Counted from the first letter of the stretch, positions 9,933 to 20,594 are shown. The stretch is DNA of 64,000 bases from an uncultured Helicobacter sp. (GCA_964568395.1 CAZMPN010000001.1:1133-65132); one strand, 5' to 3'. Notes: generated by a model not told the origin, from the sequence alone. Made by a program: numbers and translations.

Positions 9933-11135
9933 TTACCTCAAAAAATCTTTTTCCAGAGCAATTAGATTTTCAAAGCTCTCTCTTTGCCTAATCACCCTGT
10001 CTTCACCGCCTTCAACCGCCACTTCCGCGGCTCTCGGCCTTGTGTTGTAGTTGGAGCTCATAGAAAAACCGTACGAGCCGGCGCTCTTGATTACGACCAA
10101 ATCGCCGTGCGCCGTTTCTGCAAGCTCTTCGTCCTTCGCAAAAAAGTCGCCGCTCTCGCATACCGGACCCACTATGTCCGCCTTGGATTTGACGCTCTCT
10201 TTTCCGACGACCTCTACGCCGTGGAACGCTTCATAGAGCGTAGGCCTTATAAGATCGTTCATAGCGCCGTCCACGATTACGAATCTTTTGGCCTTGCTCG
10301 TTTTTTCGTATAGCACTTTTGTCAGGAAATATCCGCCGTTCGCGGTCATAAACCTGCCCGGCTCGCATACGATGGTAACATCGGTGCCGCTAAGGGTGGA
10401 GAGTATCGCCTGCGCATAATCATAAGGCGCGATGGTCTCTTCGTTATCGTATACCACGCCTAGACCGCCGCCGACATCGAAAAATTTTATATCTATTTTA
10501 AGGGCCAAAAGCGCCTTTAAAAGCTCGGAAACTTTTTGCGCCGCTTCATATATAGGCTCAAGCTCGGTTAGCTGGCTACCGATATGGAAATGGATGCCTA
10601 CTGGCTCCAAATGGGCGCTTTTGCCGGCGTACGCATACATCTTTTTGGCTATCTCTATATCTACGCCGAACTTGTTTTCTGTAAGTCCCGTAGAGATGTA
10701 AGGATGTGTCCTAGGGTCGATGTCAGGGTTTACGCGCACGCTAATCCTGGCTTTCTTGCCCATCTTTCTAGCTATCTCTTCGACACGCAGCATCTCCGCT
10801 TCGCTCTCAAGATTCAAAAAGAGGATATCCTCTTTTAGCGCCTCTTCTATCTCGTCGTCTCTTTTGCCGACACCCGAGAAAATAATCTTATATTTAGGAA
10901 CGCCCGCCATAAGCGCGCGCTTTACTTCGCCTATGGATACGCAGTCCGCTCCCGCGCCTAGATCCGCAAACAGTTTGATTACGCTTAGGTTGGAGTTCGC
11001 TTTTACCGCATAGCAGATAAGCGACTTTCTGCCGGAAAACGCCTCTTTTAGCTCTTCGTATCTGGATTTGAAATGGTCAAAATCGTATACGTATAGCGGA
11101 GTGCCGTACTTTGCGGCGAGTGATGAAAAATCCAT
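9933..11135 (-). CDS. lysA: Diaminopimelate decarboxylase
   Basis: Contains the PLP-Lys motif YAVKANSN, FDVGGGLGV and GPVCESGD. Start placed at the second ATG (MDFSSLAAKYGTPLYVYD); the ORF track begins at 11147. Confidence 0.9.
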   Translation of the reverse strand: MDFSSLAAKYGTPLYVYDFDHFKSRYEELKEAFSGRKSLICYAVKANSNLSVIKLFADLGAGADCVSIGEVKRALMAGVPKYKIIFSGVGKRDDEIEEALKEDILFLNLESEAEMLRVEEIARKMGKKARISVRVNPDIDPRTHPYISTGLTENKFGVDIEIAKKMYAYAGKSAHLEPVGIHFHIGSQLTELEPIYEAAQKVSELLKALLALKIDIKFFDVGGGLGVVYDNEETIAPYDYAQAILSTLSGTDVTIVCEPGRFMTANGGYFLTKVLYEKTSKAKRFVIVDGAMNDLIRPTLYEAFHGVEVVGKESVKSKADIVGPVCESGDFFAKDEELAETAHGDLVVIKSAGSYGFSMSSNYNTRPRAAEVAVEGGEDRVIRQRESFENLIALEKDFLR

Positions 11136-11194
11136 AAAAATCCCCATTTTCCTTAAAAAAATTACGAAATTATTGCGAAAAAGCGTTTAAACGC

Positions 11195-12256
11195 TTAGAA
11201 CTTCGGCTCTTCCATGGAGCCTTGCTTGTTTCTTTTTAGCATGTCGTAAATTTTTAGAAGAGAGATAAACAGAGCCGTAACGGCAGGCCCCAAAATAATC
11301 CCCCAAAACCCGTACGTCGAGATACCGGCGAGAATCGCGAAAAATATCAGAAGCGAGTTGATTTTTGTTTGCGTCCGCACTAGATATTTGCTGATAAAGT
11401 CGATAATCACCGGCTTTACGAAAGTATCCGCGACAAGCGATATAACGACGACCGTATAGAGCGCCACTATGACGGCGTTTGCCGTATTGCCGAGAGAAAA
11501 CTCGTAGACCGCAACCGGAACCCACATAATCGCGCCGCCGATCACCGGAACGAGAGAGGCGAAGCTGTACGCGATCCCCATAAAAAACGGATCATACCCC
11601 AGATACCAAGCCACAAGCGAGAATAGCACACCCTGAAATATGGCGTTAAAAAGAGTCGAGTAAAGCACGACGCTCATCGTCTGGCCCATCTCGTCGAATA
11701 TCATCTGGCTGTCTTCGCCTTTTAGCGGCAACACTCTTTTGAAAAATAGGAGTATCTGCTTGCCGTAGAGGTTTGCAAAGAAATAAAACACAAGGATAAG
11801 AACCATGTTGGAAAAAAACCTGAGGCTTCCCTGTCCGACTCTCTCCAACATCTCAAAACCGCGGGCTATATAATCCTCGTATTTTACGTTGTGTAGATAG
11901 CCGACAATCATCTCTTTGTATGAAGCCGGGATAATCTCCAAAGACTGGACGTTTAACACAAACAGGTTTTTTACGCGTTCAAAAAACGCCAAATCCACGT
12001 TTTGCAAAATCTCCGCAATCTTGAAAACGAAGTAGACCATAGGAATAAGCACCAAAGCGGCCAGCAAAATCGTCAAAAACAAAGAGGCCAAAAACGAGCT
12101 GTGCAATCTAAGGGTCAATCTATAATTCGTAGCCGAAGTCGCAATCGAGAGCAGCCCGGCTATGACTATATCAAGCAAGAAGGAGTGATATAGTACGCCT
12201 ATCCAGTAGATCGCAACAACAAAAACGATATGCAAAAAATTAATCGGGCTTATCAT
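11195..12256 (-). CDS. AI-2E family transporter (PerM/UPF0118-type membrane protein)
   Basis: 353 aa, about 8 TM segments, with the typical UPF0118 layout and C-terminal region. ORF 11187..11525 is an alternative-frame shadow inside it. Confidence 0.7.
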   Translation of the reverse strand: MISPINFLHIVFVVAIYWIGVLYHSFLLDIVIAGLLSIATSATNYRLTLRLHSSFLASLFLTILLAALVLIPMVYFVFKIAEILQNVDLAFFERVKNLFVLNVQSLEIIPASYKEMIVGYLHNVKYEDYIARGFEMLERVGQGSLRFFSNMVLILVFYFFANLYGKQILLFFKRVLPLKGEDSQMIFDEMGQTMSVVLYSTLFNAIFQGVLFSLVAWYLGYDPFFMGIAYSFASLVPVIGGAIMWVPVAVYEFSLGNTANAVIVALYTVVVISLVADTFVKPVIIDFISKYLVRTQTKINSLLIFFAILAGISTYGFWGIILGPAVTALFISLLKIYDMLKRNKQGSMEEPKF

Positions 12257-12259
12257 CGT

Positions 12260-13276
12260 CTAGTCCAAGTCAAAAATATTTTGGGTCTGAATCCTCGGCA
12301 GCCCGAGCGCGTCAAACGTCTTAAATGTCGCCATCCTGCCTCTTGCCGTCCTCTCTAAGAAGCCGTTCGCAAGAAGATAGGGCTCGTATACGTCCTCTAT
12401 CGTATCGCTATCCTCGCTAAGAGCCGCCGATAGCGTATTTAGGCCAAGAGGTTTACCGCCCGACTGAGCCAACAAAGAGAGAAGTTTTAAATCCATCTCG
12501 TCAAAACCGTATTCGTTTATTCCAAGCTCGTTAAGAGCCTCTTTTGCGGTCGCAAAAACTATTCTTTCTTCGTTTTTGTAATCCGAAAAATCCCGCACCC
12601 TTTTAAGCAGCCTTAGCGCAATCCTAGGCGTTCCGCGCGAGCGCGAAGCTATCTCATTTGCAGCTTTGTCGTCGCACTCTTTACCAAGCTTCATTCCGGC
12701 GTTTTGTACTATTTTAGAAAGCTCGGCATGGTCATAAAACTGCATACGAAAGTGCATTCCAAACCTATCACGAAGGGGGGAACTAAGCATTCCGGCCCTC
12801 GTGGTGGCTCCTATCAGGGTAAACCTTGGTATATCTATTTTTACCGTCTGAGCCGCAGGACCGCTGCCTATTACTATATCGAGGCGAAAATCCTCCATCG
12901 CCGAATAGAGCACCTCCTCGATGGCGCTTGAGAGTCTATGTATCTCATCGATAAATAAAACGTCGCCCTCGCTTAGATTGGTTAGTATCGCGGCAAGATC
13001 CCCGCTCTTTTCTATCATCGGCCCGGCCGTAACCTTCAAGTTTGCGCCCATACGGGAGCTTATGAGCGAAGACATCGTCGTCTTGCCAAGCCCCGGGGGG
13101 CCGAAAAAGAGTATATGGTCAAGCGGCTCGGAGCGTTTCTTTGCGGCTTCTATCGAGATATTTAGGACTTTTTTTATTTTTTCCTGTCCGATGTACTCGT
13201 CCCATGCCGAAGGCCTGAGGCTTTTTTCAATCTCGTTTTCGAATTCGAATTTTTCTACTTCTACGATTCGCTGCAC
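12260..13276 (-). CDS. ruvB: Holliday junction branch-migration helicase RuvB
   Basis: 338 aa. Walker [10 protein letters not shown] and Walker [10 protein letters not shown], with the sensor and winged-helix C-terminus. Confidence 0.97.
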   Translation of the reverse strand: MQRIVEVEKFEFENEIEKSLRPSAWDEYIGQEKIKKVLNISIEAAKKRSEPLDHILFFGPPGLGKTTMSSLISSRMGANLKVTAGPMIEKSGDLAAILTNLSEGDVLFIDEIHRLSSAIEEVLYSAMEDFRLDIVIGSGPAAQTVKIDIPRFTLIGATTRAGMLSSPLRDRFGMHFRMQFYDHAELSKIVQNAGMKLGKECDDKAANEIASRSRGTPRIALRLLKRVRDFSDYKNEERIVFATAKEALNELGINEYGFDEMDLKLLSLLAQSGGKPLGLNTLSAALSEDSDTIEDVYEPYLLANGFLERTARGRMATFKTFDALGLPRIQTQNIFDLD

Positions 13277-14038
13277 TTAGTAGCTCTCTTTTTGGCTTGG
13301 GAAATCCCCCGATGACACGTCGTTTTTAAAGCGCAAAAACGCTTCTTTCGCCAAAAGTGCCCCGTCCATATATTTTCGAACGAACTTTGGCGTAAACTCT
13401 TCGAAAAAACCAAGCATGTCGGACCAGACAAGCACCTGCGCGTCGCAATTTACGCCCGACCCTATCCCTATCGTGGGAATTTTCAGCGCCCCGGTTATCT
13501 CTTTTGCCGCATCCGCCTTTACGCCCTCGAGCACAACAGCCAAGGCTCCGGCCTCTTCAACAGCCTTTGCGTCGGCAAGAAGTTTTCTTATCTCGTCGTC
13601 GTTCTTGCCTTTTATTTTGTAGCCGCCCTCTATTCTGACGGATTGCGGCGTGAGTCCTATATGTCCGACTACGGCGACCTTATTCTTAGTCAGATGCTCG
13701 ATAATTTCGGCTTTTTCCTCTCCGCCTTCTAGCTTTACGGCAAACGCCTTGGTCTCTCTATATACTCTAACGGCGTTTTTGAGGGCAGTCTCTGTGTCCA
13801 TCTCGCTTCCAAAAGGCATATCAAATATTATCTTGGCATCAGGCGCGCCTCTGCCGACCGCCTTTGTATGGTATATCATCTCGTCCATGCCAATGGAGAG
13901 CGTATCGGAGTGGCCGCCAAAACTCATAGCCAGAGAGTCTCCGACCAGTATCATATCGGCGTACGGCGCTATAAGTCTGGCGAACAGCGCGTCGTAAGCC
14001 GTAATGACTGTGGATTTTTTGCCTTTTTCTAGTGACAA
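13277..14038 (-). CDS. panB: 3-methyl-2-oxobutanoate hydroxymethyltransferase
   Basis: 253 aa. Contains VGDSLAMSFGG, KLEGG and GHIGLTPQ. Confidence 0.93.
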   Translation of the reverse strand: MSLEKGKKSTVITAYDALFARLIAPYADMILVGDSLAMSFGGHSDTLSIGMDEMIYHTKAVGRGAPDAKIIFDMPFGSEMDTETALKNAVRVYRETKAFAVKLEGGEEKAEIIEHLTKNKVAVVGHIGLTPQSVRIEGGYKIKGKNDDEIRKLLADAKAVEEAGALAVVLEGVKADAAKEITGALKIPTIGIGSGVNCDAQVLVWSDMLGFFEEFTPKFVRKYMDGALLAKEAFLRFKNDVSSGDFPSQKESY

Positions 14039-14132
14039 GGTATTTCCTTAAACTTTAGCATTTATCGTTAATTTTACCCTAAGAAACAAAAAACTTTTTT
14101 TGATAAAATGAAAACAAAAAAGGCTATTTTCC

Positions 14133-15098
14133 ATGTTCGTAAAAGATATAAACTTTTCACTGTGGCTTGATTTTATCGAAAGAGACTACATTAAAAACGA
14201 GTTTAGAAAACTGATAAAAAACGGCGAGGTAAACGGCGCGACAAGCAACCCCGCGATTTTTAAAAACGCCATACTTACAAGTCCGGCTTACAAATCAAGA
14301 CTCTCCGAACTAGGCGGCAAAAGCGCGAAAGAGAAGTATGAAGCTCTGGCAAAAGAGGACATAAAAGAGGCGGCGATAGCACTAAGGCCGCTATACGACA
14401 ACGGCGACGACGGCTTTGTAAGCATCGAGATAGACCCATTCCTATCGTCTTCGGTAGAAGATAGCGTAGCCGAAGGCGTCAGACTGTTTGAAGAGATAAA
14501 CGAACCGAACGTGATGATAAAAGTCCCGGCTACGAAAGAGGGGTATAAAATCATAGAGGAGCTCGCAAAAAGAGAGATAAACGTCAATGCGACGCTAATA
14601 TTCGGACTTGAACAAACGAAGGGCGTAATGGACGCTATCAAAGCAAGCGGAGCGAAAAAAGCGAAATTCGTAATCTCCGTATTCGTAAGCCGATTCGATA
14701 GACTGCTAAACCCCTCTCTCCCGGCAGAAATTCAAAACAGAGTGGGCGTCATGGGCGCAGCGGCACACTACAATCTAGTAGAGAGCTATGGCCTGCCGAA
14801 CGTAAAAACGCTGTTTGCCAGCACGGGCGTAAAAGGAAACGATTTGGCGCCGCACTACTACGTAGACGAACTAATAGCTCCAAACTCGGTCAATACGGCT
14901 CCGCTAGATACGGTAGCGGCGGCGATGGCAAACTCCGCAAAAACACCAAAGCTGCCTATTTCTCAGGGTGAAATAGATGACTTTTTCGCAAAACTGGAAC
15001 AACACGTAGATTTCAAAAAAACGTGCGACGAGCTTTTGGCGGACGGCTTAAAACAGTTTGAAGCCGCATTCAAAGAGATACTTGACGAACTAGCGTAG
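14133..15098 (+). CDS. tal: Transaldolase
   Basis: 321 aa. Contains GATSNPAIF and the catalytic Lys context IKVPATKEG. Confidence 0.9.
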   Translation: MFVKDINFSLWLDFIERDYIKNEFRKLIKNGEVNGATSNPAIFKNAILTSPAYKSRLSELGGKSAKEKYEALAKEDIKEAAIALRPLYDNGDDGFVSIEIDPFLSSSVEDSVAEGVRLFEEINEPNVMIKVPATKEGYKIIEELAKREINVNATLIFGLEQTKGVMDAIKASGAKKAKFVISVFVSRFDRLLNPSLPAEIQNRVGVMGAAAHYNLVESYGLPNVKTLFASTGVKGNDLAPHYYVDELIAPNSVNTAPLDTVAAAMANSAKTPKLPISQGEIDDFFAKLEQHVDFKKTCDELLADGLKQFEAAFKEILDELA

Positions 15099-15109
15099 GA
15101 GAATTACCG

Positions 15110-16282
15110 ATGGAACAGCCGCGAAGCTCCCAATTCGACGACAAGCAAATACCGATATTAAAGTCGTATCTAAACAAGCTGGTTGAGCTTGGCGGCAGCG
15201 ATTTGCACCTAAAGGCGCTCGGCTGCCCGCATGCAAGAATACAAGGCGAGATAACACCGATATCCGAAGACATACTCGGCAGAGACGACATGATGACGCT
15301 TGCCAAGGAGATGCTAAGGGGCAGGTTTACAGAATTCGTACAGCAAAAAGAGATAGACCTCACCTTTCGCCTTAGCGACGAATACCGCTTCAGGGTAAAT
15401 ATGTTTTTCCAAAAAGACGGCGTCGGTATGGTATTTAGAACCATTCCTGTAAAAATACTGACCGTCGACGACCTAAAAATGCCCCAGAGCATCAAAGGCT
15501 TCAAAGACGCGGAAAGGGGACTGATACTCGTCACGGGTGTTACCGGAAGCGGTAAATCCACGACTCTGGCGGCGATAATAGATCTCATCAATTCAAACAG
15601 AAAAAAACATATCATTACGATAGAAGATCCGATAGAGTTTATACACAAAGACAAACTCTCCGTTATAAACCAAAGAAGTATCGGCGAGGATACGCTCTCA
15701 TTCTCAAACGCACTTAGAAGCGCTCTTCGCGAAGACCCCGACGTAATACTGGTCGGTGAAATGAGAGACCTTGAGACCGTGGAGATAGCGCTCCATGCGG
15801 CTGAAACAGGCCATCTGGTGCTCTCTACGCTTCACACCGCAGATACGAAAGAGACGATAAACAGGATAGTCGGCATGTTTCCGACCAACGAGCAAAACCG
15901 CATCAGAGGGGCGCTATCTAGCGTACTGCACGGGGTGCTCTCTCAAAGGCTCGTGCGAACAAAAGAGGGCAAAAGAAGGGCGGCCGTAGAGATACTGCTA
16001 AAGACCCCTAGAATCGCCGACATGATAAGAGAAAATCGCGACGGGGAGATAAAAGACGCCATAGCGGACGGTAAAGAGATATATGGTACGCAGACGTTCG
16101 ACCAGGCGCTTTTGGATCTCTACTACGACGGGGCAATATCCGAGGACGAAGCGGTGCGCAACGCCACAAGCCCGGACAATCTAAAACTTGTTATCCACGG
16201 GGTAACAGGCGTCGGAGAGAAGGCAAGAGGCAATAAGCTGGACAGCGAAAAAGAAGAAACACAGATAAAGCTAAAAATTTAA
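15110..16282 (+). CDS. pilT: Type IV pilus retraction ATPase, PilT/PilU family
   Basis: 390 aa. Walker [11 protein letters not shown], Walker [12 protein letters not shown], His box [10 protein letters not shown], and the PilT-type C-terminal region [13 protein letters not shown]...[21 protein letters not shown] upstream. Confidence 0.85.
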   Translation: MEQPRSSQFDDKQIPILKSYLNKLVELGGSDLHLKALGCPHARIQGEITPISEDILGRDDMMTLAKEMLRGRFTEFVQQKEIDLTFRLSDEYRFRVNMFFQKDGVGMVFRTIPVKILTVDDLKMPQSIKGFKDAERGLILVTGVTGSGKSTTLAAIIDLINSNRKKHIITIEDPIEFIHKDKLSVINQRSIGEDTLSFSNALRSALREDPDVILVGEMRDLETVEIALHAAETGHLVLSTLHTADTKETINRIVGMFPTNEQNRIRGALSSVLHGVLSQRLVRTKEGKRRAAVEILLKTPRIADMIRENRDGEIKDAIADGKEIYGTQTFDQALLDLYYDGAISEDEAVRNATSPDNLKLVIHGVTGVGEKARGNKLDSEKEETQIKLKI

Positions 16283-16331
16283 GCCATTTTTTATTATAAT
16301 TTCGTCCCAAAAAATTTTTAAGGAAAACACA

Positions 16332-16868
16332 ATGTTGGAAGGTATACTTAGAGAGAGTATCGACAAGCAAACAGTAAAAAGCTTGAGACGAGATGGTTAT
16401 CTAATCGCTAATATCTATGGTAAAGGCGCTGAAAATATCCATTGTGCATTCAAAAAAAATGAGTTCGTAAAATTCATAAAAAATAAACCGTCTTTGAAAT
16501 TCAAAGTAAAAGTTGGCGGCAAAGAGCACGAAGTAGTAATTCAAGACTACCAAAAAGATCCAGTAACTAGCGATCTTCTTCACGTAGACCTTAGAATCCT
16601 AAACTACGGAGAAGCTTCAATATTCCTGGTACCTGTAAAAACAACTGGAACTCCTGTGGGTCTTAAAAATAAAGGCGTTCTTATTATGAGCAAAAGAAGA
16701 GTAAAGGTTAAATGCAAACCTGAAAATCTTCCAAACGCGATTACTATAGACGTATCTGGCCTAGACGTTGGCGATACGGTACTTGTTAGACAAATCGAGC
16801 CGCTTGAAGGCGTTGTCATAAGACACCCTGGTTCAGATGCCGTAGTCGGCGTTATGAAGGCTAAATAA
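16332..16868 (+). CDS. rplY: 50S ribosomal protein L25 / general stress protein Ctc
   Basis: 178 aa, two-domain L25/Ctc form. Ctc-pth order as in C. jejuni. Confidence 0.9.
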   Translation: MLEGILRESIDKQTVKSLRRDGYLIANIYGKGAENIHCAFKKNEFVKFIKNKPSLKFKVKVGGKEHEVVIQDYQKDPVTSDLLHVDLRILNYGEASIFLVPVKTTGTPVGLKNKGVLIMSKRRVKVKCKPENLPNAITIDVSGLDVGDTVLVRQIEPLEGVVIRHPGSDAVVGVMKAK

Positions 16869-16874
16869 TAAGCC

Positions 16875-17441
16875 TTGTGGCTAATAGTCGGACTGGGAAA
16901 TCCCGGAAATAAATATCTCCACAATCGCCATAATGCCGGCTTTATGGCGATTGACAAACTGCTAAGCAAACGACAGGCGACAAATCTGTCGAAAAAAGAG
17001 TTCAAAGGCGAGCTGTATCGCTCCGGACAGATATACTTTCTGAAGCCTGCTACTTTTATGAACCTCTCAGGAGAGAGCGTAGAAGCCGTTAAAAACTACT
17101 TTAAAATAGAAAATGTCATAGTAATCCACGACGAAATAGAACTGCCCATAGGCGCCTTGCGTTTCAAAAAAGGCGGCGGACACGCGGGGCATAACGGGCT
17201 TCGTTCGATCGACAAGCATATAGGCGCCGATTATTATAGGGCTAGAGTCGGAATAGGGAAACCTGAGCACAAGGGACAGGTTGCCGATTATTGTCTAAGC
17301 GACTTTGCCAAAAGCGAAAAAGAGGCGATAGAAGAAATTTTGGAGCTTACGGCGGATGCCGTACTGGAGCTTACAAAAGGGGATTTGGCGGCCGTCTCTA
17401 GCAAATTTACCAGAAATCCAAAACCGGAAAAAGAGCAGTGA
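16875..17441 (+). CDS. pth: Peptidyl-tRNA hydrolase
   Basis: 188 aa, TTG start. Contains GLGNPG and GGHAGHNGLRS. Confidence 0.95.
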   Translation: MWLIVGLGNPGNKYLHNRHNAGFMAIDKLLSKRQATNLSKKEFKGELYRSGQIYFLKPATFMNLSGESVEAVKNYFKIENVIVIHDEIELPIGALRFKKGGGHAGHNGLRSIDKHIGADYYRARVGIGKPEHKGQVADYCLSDFAKSEKEAIEEILELTADAVLELTKGDLAAVSSKFTRNPKPEKEQ

Positions 17442-18487
17442 GCCTAGCAAAGATATATTTAGCGAAACTGTATGCGAAAAACTTTTTCATAACGCTTATT
17501 GGCCTAGAGCTGTTCTTTTTGCTCATCGACTATCTGCAAAACCAAAAAAACATACCGTCTTCCGCAAACCTAACCGTACTCTATTTTTATTTCCAATCGT
17601 TTGCGGCCCTCAGGATAACCCTGGCGCTCGCCCTAATATTCGGTGCGATATGGAGTTTTATATATCTTGTCAGAAGCAACGAGCTAACCGCACTCGAGAG
17701 TTCCGGGATGTCAAAAAAAGAGGCTATAAAGCCGTTTTTTTTGGTCTCCATAACCGCGGCGCTTATCTATATGATGTTAGGCTTTACAAAGGCCGGGTAC
17801 TATTACGACGACGCCAGGGCGATACTCCAAAACAAGCACGCCTCGGAGAGGGCGCAAGACCTATTTTTCAAGTATAAAAACGAATTCATCTACATAAAAA
17901 CATTAAATCCGCTGTCAAAAAGCGCGGAAAATATTAAGATAGTAGGCGTAGACGAAAGCACGGTCGTTTATATCGTCGAAGCGAAAGAGGCTATTTTCGA
18001 AAACGACAGTTGGACCCTTAAGGATGCCAAGACGCTATTTTTGGACGAGACAAAAGAGCCGTATATTACGACCTCGGAACAAAAAGAGCTAAAAACACTA
18101 GAAGGGTTTAAGCCAAAAATTTTGGACAATATCTCGCAAGGCGGAGAGGGTCTAAACATAGTCGACGCAATTAGCGCAATATGGCTTTTAAAAGATCAAA
18201 AACTAAGTCTGGAGAAGATAAAGGCTGCCCTTTTTAGCGCCATCTCCCTCCCGCTGTTTGCGCCGTTTTTTATTCTCATACTAGGCTACCATACGCCCGT
18301 TGCGTCAAGAGGTTTTATGCAGGCCAAATTCGCCGCATTCTGGATATTCGCCACCCTTATCGGCTGGGGGATACTAACAACGCTATCAAAGCTATCTTTC
18401 TACGGCCCGATAGGCTCGTATATGCCGATTTTGGCCATAGCGTCCATCGGCGGCTACGGATACTACCTGTTTAGAAGAATACGATGA
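17438..18487 (+). CDS. LptF/LptG-family (YjgP/YjgQ) permease
   Basis: 349 aa. Three N-terminal and three C-terminal TM segments flank a periplasmic beta-jellyroll-sized insert. The GTG start overlaps the pth stop (GTGA). Confidence 0.75.
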   Translation: MSLAKIYLAKLYAKNFFITLIGLELFFLLIDYLQNQKNIPSSANLTVLYFYFQSFAALRITLALALIFGAIWSFIYLVRSNELTALESSGMSKKEAIKPFFLVSITAALIYMMLGFTKAGYYYDDARAILQNKHASERAQDLFFKYKNEFIYIKTLNPLSKSAENIKIVGVDESTVVYIVEAKEAIFENDSWTLKDAKTLFLDETKEPYITTSEQKELKTLEGFKPKILDNISQGGEGLNIVDAISAIWLLKDQKLSLEKIKAALFSAISLPLFAPFFILILGYHTPVASRGFMQAKFAAFWIFATLIGWGILTTLSKLSFYGPIGSYMPILAIASIGGYGYYLFRRIR

Positions 18488-19449
18488 GGCTATTTTTCTC
18501 AAAACTTCTTTATACTTTTTTGATGCTCCTTCTTATTTCGGTTATCTCTTTTGCCGCCGTCAAGATGGCCCCAAATAGCTTTTTGGCCGCCGGAGAACTA
18601 AATCCGAATATCACGGAAGAGTCCATCAAGACACTAAAGGAAGTATACGGTCTCGACAAGCCTCTAACCGAGCAGTACATAGGCTGGATTAAAAGCATGG
18701 CCTCTTTGGAATTTGGCGTCTCGTTTTCCACCGGCAAGAGCGTAAAAGAGGAGATACTCTCCCGCCTACCTATAACGCTTGCCATCAACCTGATATCTAT
18801 GCTATTTATCTTCGTTTTTGGCATAACAGCCGGAATCTATGCGGCGATAAAAAGCGGCAAAACCGCCGACAAAGCGACTGTCGGCGCATCTCTTGTCAGT
18901 TTCGCGATGCCATCGTTCTATCTTTCGCTTATCTTTATAATGTTTTTCTCCATCTATCTAGGTATTTTCCCGATTTCAGGGGTATCGTCAACAACAAAAG
19001 AGGAAGCGGGGGTACTTGGCTACTATCTGGATATCTCCCATCATCTGTTTTTGCCGATATCCGTAATCGTCATAACATCTTTCGGCTCGCTGGCGCTCTA
19101 TATCAGATCGCTCACGACGGAGATACTAAAGTCTGATTATGTATTTTTTGCGATTTCCAGAGGAGTCAGCAAAACAAGGCTCGTATTTTTATATATTCTG
19201 CCGAATCTTTCAAATCCGATCGTTACTATGCTCGGCCTCTCGCTCCCAGGGGTAATAGGTGGAAGTATAATACTTGAGAGCATATTCGCCATTAACGGTA
19301 TGGGGCTGTTCTTCTACCAAAGCGTAATCAGCAGGGACTATCCGGTTATTTTGGGGGTTACGATGATAGGGGCGTTTTTGACGCTTCTGGGCAACATCCT
19401 GGCGGACATTGCCCTCTTAAAGCTAAATCCTTTCGTCAAAAGGCCTTAG
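18484..19449 (+). CDS. ABC transporter permease, OppB/DppB/NikB-like (binding-protein-dependent type); partner genes absent
   Basis: 321 aa, 6 TM segments, EAA-loop-like DYVFFAISRGVSKTRLVFLYILPN. ATGA overlap with the upstream gene. Confidence 0.8.
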   Translation: MRLFFSKLLYTFLMLLLISVISFAAVKMAPNSFLAAGELNPNITEESIKTLKEVYGLDKPLTEQYIGWIKSMASLEFGVSFSTGKSVKEEILSRLPITLAINLISMLFIFVFGITAGIYAAIKSGKTADKATVGASLVSFAMPSFYLSLIFIMFFSIYLGIFPISGVSSTTKEEAGVLGYYLDISHHLFLPISVIVITSFGSLALYIRSLTTEILKSDYVFFAISRGVSKTRLVFLYILPNLSNPIVTMLGLSLPGVIGGSIILESIFAINGMGLFFYQSVISRDYPVILGVTMIGAFLTLLGNILADIALLKLNPFVKRP

Positions 19450-20594
19450 CTAAACAGCGCCTCAAGCGCAGCTTTTGAAGATGCGGGTTTTTTCTCTTCC
19501 ACGCCGCCTTCTTCCGTATGCGCCGAGCCGCCTTCCTCTAGAAGCTCTATCTGGTATCCGGTGAGCATTGACGCAAGCCTGATGTTTATGCCCGATTTCC
19601 CGATCGCCTTCGATTTTTGCCCTTCAAATACGCTAACTATCGCTTTCTCGCCCTGAATAGAGACGCTTTTTACGGCGGCCGGACTCATAGCGCGCGACAC
19701 GAACAGCTCCGGAACATCCGAATATTCGATAACGTCTATATTCTCGTTTTTAAGCTCTTTCGAGACGGCGTTTATACGAACACCTTTGACGCCTACGGCC
19801 GTACCGATAGGATCGACTCTAGGGCTATTCGAAAGAAGGGCCAGTTTTGCCCTCTCTCCAGGGATTCTCGCACATTTTTTGATTTCGATGATACCGTCGG
19901 CGATTTCCGGCACTTCAAGCCTCATTAGCTCCTCCAGGAACTTAGGGCTGGTTCTCGTAAGCTCTAGCCCTATCCCCTTTTTATTCGTATCTATCGTTTT
20001 AAGGACCGCTTTGACTACGTTTCCTACCTTGAAACTCTCGCCTTTTATCCTGTTTTTTCTAGGCATGAGCGCCCTGATTTCGTCTATCTCGATAAAGGTA
20101 TTGCCGTCGCCGTCGACCCTGACGACCTGTCCGGAAACTATCTTGCCCTCTTTTTTTGAGTATTTTTTGTAGATTTCGTCTTCTATTAGCTTTTGGAGTT
20201 CGTTCTCAAGCTCTCTGTGCATGATATTTACTATATTTCTGCCGTAATCTTCGAGATTTATGTCGTATCTCAGCTCATCGCCTATTTCAAGGCTTTCATC
20301 TATCGTTTTTGCCTCGGAGACGTTAATGTAGTTTTTGCCGTCCTCGACAAGCGGGTCGTCATCGGCGACAACCAAAACTTTTTGATATAGCCTTGCCCTT
20401 CTTTTTTCGTCGTCAAACTCGACGTCAAAAAATAGATCTTCGCCGATAGCTCTCGCCGCGCTCTTGATTAAAGCGATTTTGATCCCTTCTTTTACGTCTT
20501 TTGGATTTAGACTTTTTTCGTAGGCAATCGAGTCTGCAATGTCGAGTATTTTTTCCAAAGTAATGTTCCCTTTACTTATTTTCTTAATAGACAA
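19446..20594 (-). CDS. nusA: Transcription termination/antitermination factor NusA
   Basis: 382 aa. Contains an S1 domain (GQVVRVDGDGNTFIEIDE) and KH domains (PIGTAVGVKGVRINAVSKEL). Confidence 0.93.
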   Translation of the reverse strand: MSIKKISKGNITLEKILDIADSIAYEKSLNPKDVKEGIKIALIKSAARAIGEDLFFDVEFDDEKRRARLYQKVLVVADDDPLVEDGKNYINVSEAKTIDESLEIGDELRYDINLEDYGRNIVNIMHRELENELQKLIEDEIYKKYSKKEGKIVSGQVVRVDGDGNTFIEIDEIRALMPRKNRIKGESFKVGNVVKAVLKTIDTNKKGIGLELTRTSPKFLEELMRLEVPEIADGIIEIKKCARIPGERAKLALLSNSPRVDPIGTAVGVKGVRINAVSKELKNENIDVIEYSDVPELFVSRAMSPAAVKSVSIQGEKAIVSVFEGQKSKAIGKSGINIRLASMLTGYQIELLEEGGSAHTEEGGVEEKKPASSKAALEALFS

